DNA of 64,000 nt, taken from positions 1 to 64,000 of the forward strand of contig JBBDRF010000083.1 of the NCBI GenBank assembly GCA_040905565.1, read 5' to 3'. A program made the translations under genes and the position numbers. Below are positions 57,758-64,000 of the stretch, in pieces. The DNA comes from Phycisphaeraceae bacterium. GTDB lineage: Bacteria; Planctomycetota; Phycisphaerae; Phycisphaerales; Zrk34. The notes below the pieces were generated by a model, which had not been told where the DNA came from, did no database searches, and was given only the letters and a program-made list of their open reading frames with translations. Each line of letters opens with the position of its first letter. Position 1 is the stretch's first letter.

Positions 57758-59686
57758 TCACCGCAGAAAGTCCAAAAGAGACGTCTGCATCAGTTGTTGC
57801 CCGCTCATCATGGTGGCTTGCAGCTGCTGCTGAAGCTTTGTGAATCGCGTGACGGCCTCGGAATAATCCGAATCCTGCAGATCCGAGAGCATCGACTCGG
57901 TTTGAAGACCGCGTTGGTCGATGCGGTTTTTTTCTGATTCGATCGCCTGGGCGCGGACGCCCTGCTGGGCGCGGACGCCGGCGATTTTCCCGACGTCGAC
58001 GCCGAGGTATTCGCCGGCTTCGGTGATCTTCTGTTCGTCGTTGTTGAGCAGCGCGTCGCGGAGCATCATCATGTGCGTGAGGACGCTGTCGGTGCGGATC
58101 TGGGCGACGTCGTCACCGGCGAGGGTGCTGCCGGCGACGGCTTTGTTGATGCCAAGATCTTCCGCGGCCCGGCTGCCGTTGATCGATTGAATCTGGAAGG
58201 GGTCGCCGGCAGCGAGGGCGCTGGTGAAGGTGAGGCCGTTGCCATCGCTTGCGAGCGCGACGGTGAGGTCGCCCGGTGCGAGGCCCGCGCCGGCAGCCGC
58301 GGCATCGATGGCGTCGATCGCCTGCTGCACGGTCGTCAGGCCGTCGAGGTTGACCTCGAAGCTGGTCGCACCGTCGCCCATGCTGATGCGGAGATCGTTC
58401 TCGCCGTTTTCGCGGCGGACGCCCTTGCCGTGGTTGAGGTCGGCGAGTTCGGTGTCGCCTGCGTAGCTGCGGAGGCCGAGGTCGGTCGCGGTCGTGCCGC
58501 CTGCATTCTCGCCGACGCTGAGGTTCGTGCCGCTGACGGCGTTGATGAGGTTGAAGCCGGTGCCGGCGTCGTTGATTTCCAGACGGACGCCGATGTCGGC
58601 CTGATCGACGACGTTCATCATGTCTTCGACGGTGTCGGCAGCGCTGAAATCGATGACGCGTGTATTGCCGCCGTTGGTGATTTTCAGGCCGCCCGCCCAG
58701 TCGATGGCGGCGCCGAGGTCGGTGAGCTGTGTGGCCTGGGTGAGGCGTGGGTTGATGGCGCCGCCTGCGATGGTTTCATCGTCGTCGGCAGTGATATTGA
58801 GGCCAAGGTCCGCGGCGGTGATGCCCGTGCCGATGTCGGCAATTGCGATCGTTTCGCCGGCTTCCGCGGTGAGGCTGAAGCCGTCGGCTGTGACGCTGAG
58901 ATCGCCGGCGGTGCCGAGGACGTTGTTGATACGATCGGTGACATCGCTGAGGCGTTCGACGCCTCGGAGGTCGACGTCGGTCGTGGTGCCGTTGACGGTG
59001 ACGCGGACGGAACCGAGGTTGGTGCCGAGCCCGCGTGCGCCTTCGAGATCGCGGATGCGTGTTTCGCCGGTGGCCTGAACGTCGAGGTCGGCTTTGCCTT
59101 GGACTTGTGTGGAGAGCGCGCCGAACGCGCCGGCCCCGCTGGCGTTGAGGGCGTATTCAGAGTTGCCGATGTTCTGCGTGAGCGGATCGTGCGAGCCGAG
59201 GTATTCGATGCCGCCGAGGTGTTCGACGAACGGCTGCGTCGCAGCCTGCTCGCCGCCGAAGAGGTAGACATCCTGGAACTTCGTGTTGCCGACCTGCGTC
59301 ACGGTATCGATGAGTGACTGGATGACGGCCGCTTCGCTCTTGCGGGTCTCGGCGTCGGACCCGATGCCGATCTGGCTGGACGCGATGGACGAGGCTTGGT
59401 TGATGAGTTCGGAGATCTCGGCAAGGCTCTGGTCGGCCATGGCGGCCGTGTTGCCGGCCGTGTCGAGGGCCTTCTTGTCCTTCTCGAACTGGGCGAGGAT
59501 GTGCTGCATAGACTTGATGAGCCCGACGGACTCGGGTGCATCGGAGGGCTTGTTCACACGTTGACCGGTGGCCAGCTCTGTCTGGACGCGCAGCAGCTCG
59601 AGGTGCGTGCGCCTGAGATTCGACATCATCGAATCGGACGTCATCGCCGTGCTCGTGCGGGCCAGACTGGAGGGGATGGTGGACAT
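57758..59686 (-). CDS. flgL: Hook-associated protein 3 (long form)
   Basis: LATGQRVNKPSDAP, YLFGG, DYSEAVTRF..SLLDFLR. Confidence 0.92.
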   Translation of the reverse strand: MSTIPSSLARTSTAMTSDSMMSNLRRTHLELLRVQTELATGQRVNKPSDAPESVGLIKSMQHILAQFEKDKKALDTAGNTAAMADQSLAEISELINQASSIASSQIGIGSDAETRKSEAAVIQSLIDTVTQVGNTKFQDVYLFGGEQAATQPFVEHLGGIEYLGSHDPLTQNIGNSEYALNASGAGAFGALSTQVQGKADLDVQATGETRIRDLEGARGLGTNLGSVRVTVNGTTTDVDLRGVERLSDVTDRINNVLGTAGDLSVTADGFSLTAEAGETIAIADIGTGITAADLGLNITADDDETIAGGAINPRLTQATQLTDLGAAIDWAGGLKITNGGNTRVIDFSAADTVEDMMNVVDQADIGVRLEINDAGTGFNLINAVSGTNLSVGENAGGTTATDLGLRSYAGDTELADLNHGKGVRRENGENDLRISMGDGATSFEVNLDGLTTVQQAIDAIDAAAAGAGLAPGDLTVALASDGNGLTFTSALAAGDPFQIQSINGSRAAEDLGINKAVAGSTLAGDDVAQIRTDSVLTHMMMLRDALLNNDEQKITEAGEYLGVDVGKIAGVRAQQGVRAQAIESEKNRIDQRGLQTESMLSDLQDSDYSEAVTRFTKLQQQLQATMMSGQQLMQTSLLDFLR

Positions 59687-59708
59687 CGGTTAGCTCGTGT
59701 GTTCCTTG

Positions 59709-61403
59709 TTAGCGTGTCATGGTGAGGAGTGTTTGCATCATTTGGTCGACGACGCCGATGAACCGGGCCGCCCCCTGGAACGAACGTTGCCAGCTGAGCA
59801 TGTCGATCGCTTCTTCGTCGACGTTGACGCCGCTGTGCGATTGCCACTGTGATTGCAGGCTTTCGGAGATCATGCCGGTCGCTTCGACCTGCTGCTGCGC
59901 GTGGCCGGCTCGGCTGGCGTAGCTTTCGACGTGGTGCGACCAGTGGCCCCGGAGGCTCGCGCCGCCGAGGGCGTCGAGTGGTTTGTTCAGCAGATCGGCG
60001 ACGGCCTTGGCGGTGCGGTTGTCGCCTTGGACGTGGCCCTGTGCGATGGCGAGGTTGGCGGGTGTGTCGGCGAGATGTTCGTTGACGCCCATGTCCGAAG
60101 CATTGGTGCCGGTGAAGAAGGTGTTCAGCCCGGCGGCGGCGAGCAGGCCCGACGTGTCTTCACTGAAGCTGACGCGGACATCGCTAGAAGCGCCGGCGAT
60201 GTTCAGACGGCCGTCGACGGTGAGCGAGGCGTTGAGCATGTCGACGCTGTCGATGGCGGCGGCGATGTCGTCCATGGAGGTGCCGGCCGCGCTGTTACCG
60301 AGGTCGACCTCGATGCGGTGGGCGGTGCGCTGGCCGGATGGCTGGGTCACGTGAACCATGAACGAGCCGTTGCGCACCTCGAAGGGAAGCCCGGCCTGGT
60401 CGAGTGCCGCGGCGGTGTCCTCCATGCCGTGGACGCTGGTGAGCTGTTCGAAGCCGCGCTCGGCCTGGCCGGAACTGTGGAGCTGATTGACCTGATAGAT
60501 AAGCTGATGGGCGAGTGTGTCGAGCTGTTCGACGGCGTGGTCGACGTCCTGACTGCGGGTTTCCATCAGCTGCGTGATCTTGCCGCTGGTTGGGCGGAGG
60601 ATGTCGCCTTCGGTGGCGACGCGGAGGCGCGGCGTGAGGGTGTCGCCGTCGGCCTGGAAATCCATCTTCACGCCGCGGCTGTTCATGCCGAGCACGATGG
60701 GGGTGGAGCCGATGAAGACATCCATGGTGCCGGCGGGCTGTTCAACGGTGGAAATGTCAACGTACTGCGAGATTTCCTTGAGCACGCGATCGCGTTCGTC
60801 CCGCAGTGAATGAGCCCCGCCGGCCCCGCCCTCGACGCGATTGATCTGCTGGTTAAGTTCGGCGACCCGCTCGAGGAGCGTGTTCACGGTGTTGACGCCG
60901 GAGCGTAGCTGGGCGTCAACTTGCTCGCCGATGCCGACGGTGTCCTGACGCAATTGGCCGACGAATTCGCCGAGCGACTTGGCCTCGGAAATGACGAGCC
61001 CTTTGAGTGAATCATCGGTCGGATTCGAGGCCACCTGCGACCATGATTCGAAGAAGCGTTCGAGGCGCTGACTGAGGCCTGCGTCGCCGAGGTCGTTCTG
61101 GATGGACTCGATCTGGCTGAGCACGTCGTGCTGAGCGAGCGCGGCATGGTGGTCGCTGTCGGCCGAACGCATGCGCTGATTGAGCGCTTCGTTGACCTGC
61201 CTGGCAATCTGTTCGATGCGGACGCCGGTGCCGACGAACGTGCCCGGCTGAATCTGCTGACTGGTGCCCGGCGTCGCGATGGCCTTCTGGCGCGTGTAGC
61301 CTTCGGTGGCGGCGTTGGCAAGGTTATTGCCGGTCACCTGCAGCGCCGTCTGGCTTGCGGTGAGTGCCGATCGACCAAGATGTAATGCGCCGGTGAGGCT
61401 CAT
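59709..61403 (-). CDS. flgK: Hook-associated protein 1
   Basis: TGNNLANAATEGYTRQ, LRDERD, SGVNVDEE. Confidence 0.95.
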   Translation of the reverse strand: MSLTGALHLGRSALTASQTALQVTGNNLANAATEGYTRQKAIATPGTSQQIQPGTFVGTGVRIEQIARQVNEALNQRMRSADSDHHAALAQHDVLSQIESIQNDLGDAGLSQRLERFFESWSQVASNPTDDSLKGLVISEAKSLGEFVGQLRQDTVGIGEQVDAQLRSGVNTVNTLLERVAELNQQINRVEGGAGGAHSLRDERDRVLKEISQYVDISTVEQPAGTMDVFIGSTPIVLGMNSRGVKMDFQADGDTLTPRLRVATEGDILRPTSGKITQLMETRSQDVDHAVEQLDTLAHQLIYQVNQLHSSGQAERGFEQLTSVHGMEDTAAALDQAGLPFEVRNGSFMVHVTQPSGQRTAHRIEVDLGNSAAGTSMDDIAAAIDSVDMLNASLTVDGRLNIAGASSDVRVSFSEDTSGLLAAAGLNTFFTGTNASDMGVNEHLADTPANLAIAQGHVQGDNRTAKAVADLLNKPLDALGGASLRGHWSHHVESYASRAGHAQQQVEATGMISESLQSQWQSHSGVNVDEEAIDMLSWQRSFQGAARFIGVVDQMMQTLLTMTR

Positions 61404-61415
61404 TGTCGGGTTCCG

Positions 61416-61916
61416 TCAGGCCGTGATGGAGATACTGTTCATGGAAACGGTCGCGGGGGAGACTGATCCGCGGCGGCCGTACGTGGCCCCGCCGATGACC
61501 TGCTGCACTTGCTGAACGATGCCCTGCACATGCCGAAGCAGCCCCTCGGCGGCGCGCTTGGAGACATCGTTCTCACGCTGAATGGTCTGCATGGTCTGCC
61601 GCATTTTCTGGTGGAGCAGCAGCAGCTGGCCGCGGCGGGGTTCGTCGACGGCGTCGGCGATCTGCGTGATGCGGAGCGGCTCGTTGGCGGCGGGGCTCAG
61701 GCTTTGCGTGAGGTGCCCGACCGTCTGCTGCCGCTGCTTTTCAAGCTCGGCGATGTGCTGGATGTGTTCGTTCTCCAGCGTGCAGGTCTCGGCGACGAGG
61801 TCGGCCTGGCCCATGCGAATCGCCTGCTGTTTGCGGCGGACGAGGTCGAGAAGCGAGTCGTGCTTCGCGGCCATCAGTTCAAGCTGCGTGACCAGTTGTC
61901 TGAGCAGGTCATCCAT
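61416..61916 (-). CDS. flgN: FlgN export chaperone
   Basis: Helical protein ending TYGRRG, directly upstream of flgK. Confidence 0.8.
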   Translation of the reverse strand: MDDLLRQLVTQLELMAAKHDSLLDLVRRKQQAIRMGQADLVAETCTLENEHIQHIAELEKQRQQTVGHLTQSLSPAANEPLRITQIADAVDEPRRGQLLLLHQKMRQTMQTIQRENDVSKRAAEGLLRHVQGIVQQVQQVIGGATYGRRGSVSPATVSMNSISITA

Positions 61917-62319
61917 TGTGGTCCACCTCCGTGCCGAGGTTGGGGCTGATGTTGGGGCTGAGTTGAGCGGCGAACTTCTGGTAGACCGCTTCGACGACCG
62001 GCAGGTTCATCTGCGAGGCCATGCTGTCGGCGAGCTTTTCGTCGAGTTGGGCGGCGAAGATGTCTTCGCCCTGGCCGCCGTGGAAGAGGTCGCTTTTGAA
62101 CGGATCGTCACGCATCATCTTCATCATGGGCATGAGAAACGCCTGGCTGACGAGCTGCTGGGCGGCTTTGCGGACTTCGCCACGGCTGCCGGTTTCGCCG
62201 GCGGCGGTGAGGGCGGATTCGAAATCCGCGCCGCCGACGGACGGACGCTGGCCTGCTTCATGCACGGACATGGCCGTGGCGGCAGGGTTCGGGATGGCGG
62301 CGGTGGTGAGGTTCATCAA
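61909..62319 (-). CDS. flgJ: FlgJ-like rod-binding protein (no muramidase domain)
   Basis: AAQQLVSQAFL..MMKMMR..GEDIF..LDEKLA; between flgI and flgN. Confidence 0.75.
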   Translation of the reverse strand: MMNLTTAAIPNPAATAMSVHEAGQRPSVGGADFESALTAAGETGSRGEVRKAAQQLVSQAFLMPMMKMMRDDPFKSDLFHGGQGEDIFAAQLDEKLADSMASQMNLPVVEAVYQKFAAQLSPNISPNLGTEVDHNG

Positions 62320-63437
62320 TCTTCGCTTACCAGTTGGGCGTGCAGTTTTCCGCTGCGATGGATTTCACGGATGATGGCGATGCGGTCCTCGGCAGGGACC
62401 TTCAGTTGATTGAAGGCGTTGACGAGGTCGGCGAGCTTGGCGCCGCCGCGGGCTTGAGGATCGATGGCGACGAAGCCCTGACGATCGACCTCGGGATCTT
62501 CGATCGTCGGGTTCCGCTGGGGTGTGACGGTGGTGATGGTCATGCCTTTGTGGCTGATGACGACGGGCGAGATTTCGACGTTGTCTGTCATGACGATGGT
62601 GCCGGTGCGTTCGTTGATGACGACGCGGGCTTCAGTGCGGACCAGCGACGGGTCGAGTTGAAGCTCGAGGATCTGCGAGATGAACGGGCCGGGGTTCGCC
62701 ATTTCGTTGTCGGGGATCTGGATGACGACGTTCTTCTGATCGAGTGCGATGGCGATGGGCGGCGCGTCGGGGGCCATCAGGTCGTTCACGAGCGTGGCGA
62801 CGGTGGTGGCCATGGGCCAGGTGGCGTTGGCGTCTTCGAGGACGAGGGTCATACGACCGCGGTCGTCGGTGAACTTGGAATAGATATCGCGGGTGAGGGT
62901 GGCGCCGTTATGGACGACGGCGGTGCGGGGGCTGGCGGTATCTTCAACGGTAATCGGACCCTCGGCGTAAGCGAATACCGGCGAACCGGGGAGCGGGCCG
63001 AGGATGGGGGTCATGACCAAGCGACCGCCTTCGAGGGAACTGGCGATGGGGGCGGCGAGGTTGACGTTGATCTTGTCGCCCTCGCGGACGCCGCTGCCTG
63101 GGGCGGTGGCGGAGAGGTAAACGATGGCGACGTTGCGGGCGTCTTCCATCTCGACGGGATCGACGAGCGGATCGCCGAGGCGGTTCATCATCGACGCGAG
63201 GCGGCGCATGGTGGTGGCTGAACGTTCACCATCACCTGTGCCGTTGAGGCCGATGACCAGGCCCATGCCGATGAGTCGGCTGGATTCGGCACCCTTGATG
63301 CGCGACATATCCTGCAACTGCACGGCGTGTGCGGCTGGCGTCGGCATCAGCATCGCCAACAGCAGCGCGACGACGGCCATCGTGCGGAGCGAGGCGGCGT
63401 GGGTTGTAAGGGTGAGCGTGTTCATCATGATTGCCAT
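62316..63437 (-). CDS. flgI: Flagellar P-ring protein
   Basis: LIGMGLVIGLNGTGD, SLEGGRL, ARVVINERTGTIV, GKLHAQL. Confidence 0.95.
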   Translation of the reverse strand: MAIMMNTLTLTTHAASLRTMAVVALLLAMLMPTPAAHAVQLQDMSRIKGAESSRLIGMGLVIGLNGTGDGERSATTMRRLASMMNRLGDPLVDPVEMEDARNVAIVYLSATAPGSGVREGDKINVNLAAPIASSLEGGRLVMTPILGPLPGSPVFAYAEGPITVEDTASPRTAVVHNGATLTRDIYSKFTDDRGRMTLVLEDANATWPMATTVATLVNDLMAPDAPPIAIALDQKNVVIQIPDNEMANPGPFISQILELQLDPSLVRTEARVVINERTGTIVMTDNVEISPVVISHKGMTITTVTPQRNPTIEDPEVDRQGFVAIDPQARGGAKLADLVNAFNQLKVPAEDRIAIIREIHRSGKLHAQLVSED

Positions 63438-63440
63438 CGT

Positions 63441-64000
63441 TTAGAAGTTGAGCACCGTATCGAGGAGGCGGGTGAGGATGCCTTTTTCCGACGACCGGCG
63501 CAGTTCGCCGGCGTGCTCACGCTCGACGCGAAGGTCGTACATTTGTGTGCTGAGGACGCTGTTGTCGCCGGTGATATCGTCCGAGCGGGCGTAGCCGGTG
63601 ACTATGATGGTTTGTGTTTCGCCATCGGTCCGGATGTGGGTGCGAGCTTCGAGGGCGAGGGTGCCGTTGGGCTTGACATCAATGACGCGGGCGGTGAGGC
63701 GGGTGGTCATGCTGTCGCGTCGGGAGTAGTCGCCCTCGCCATCGAATTCGCTGGTGTGGCTGAGCCCAAATTCGGGGAGGTCTTCTTCGTCGCCGCCGCG
63801 TAGCTGGAAGTTCAGTAGATCCTCCAGCTGCAGACGAGGCATGGCTTCGATCTCGGAACCGACGGTGGTCTCTTTGCTGGTCGAGAGGCCTTGCGACGAA
63901 CTCGCCTGGGTCTGCTCACGGATGATGATGGTGATGAGATCCTGCTGGGCGAAGTGGCGAGGCTCGGGCAGGCGAACGGCGGCGTAAGAAACGGCCTGCA
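63441..64000 (-). CDS. flgH: Flagellar L-ring protein (5' end outside the window)
   Basis: DLITIIIRE, TARVIDVKPNGTLALE, R.DDI..DNSVLST. Confidence 0.9.
   Translation of the reverse strand, partial: QAVSYAAVRLPEPRHFAQQDLITIIIREQTQASSSQGLSTSKETTVGSEIEAMPRLQLEDLLNFQLRGGDEEDLPEFGLSHTSEFDGEGDYSRRDSMTTRLTARVIDVKPNGTLALEARTHIRTDGETQTIIVTGYARSDDITGDNSVLSTQMYDLRVEREHAGELRRSSEKGILTRLLDTVLNF

Overview
High-GC bacterial chromosome segment. It is very likely Planctomycetota, possibly Phycisphaerae; this is inferred from the PSCyt/DUF1549-DUF1553 + DUF1501 + DUF1080 genes and planctomycete-style T2SS and flagellar genes. From left to right it holds: housekeeping and accessory genes (acpP, fabA/Z-like, uvrA, LON_N, TauE, a crcB pair, SDR, xseA, rpsT, tRNA-Gln); a minus-strand MoxR/VWA/DUF58/ABC operon with a downstream FG-GAP protein (12.2-25.9 kb); a minus-strand type II secretion-like operon (gspE-F-G-H-I-J-K, L/PilMN, M/C, D, lipoprotein; 26.1-49.7 kb); a PSCyt-DUF1501-DUF1080 set; and a flagellar block (flgH-I-J-N-K-L, fliW, csrA, fliC). 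The outstanding feature is a 4277-aa secretin. It has N0, about 46 hand-counted tandem secretin-N domains (3 in canonical GspD) and a normal C-terminal secretin domain, and it includes a 396-bp perfect internal duplication suggesting recent expansion or homogenisation. Other signals: REP-like palindromes in pseudopilin leader regions, GGA-loop CsrA-type hairpins before fliW, csrA and fliC, an unannotated 26-aa ORF, and a C-rich to G-rich strand-skew switch near 50-52 kb. All calls come from reading motifs by eye; no database searches were run.
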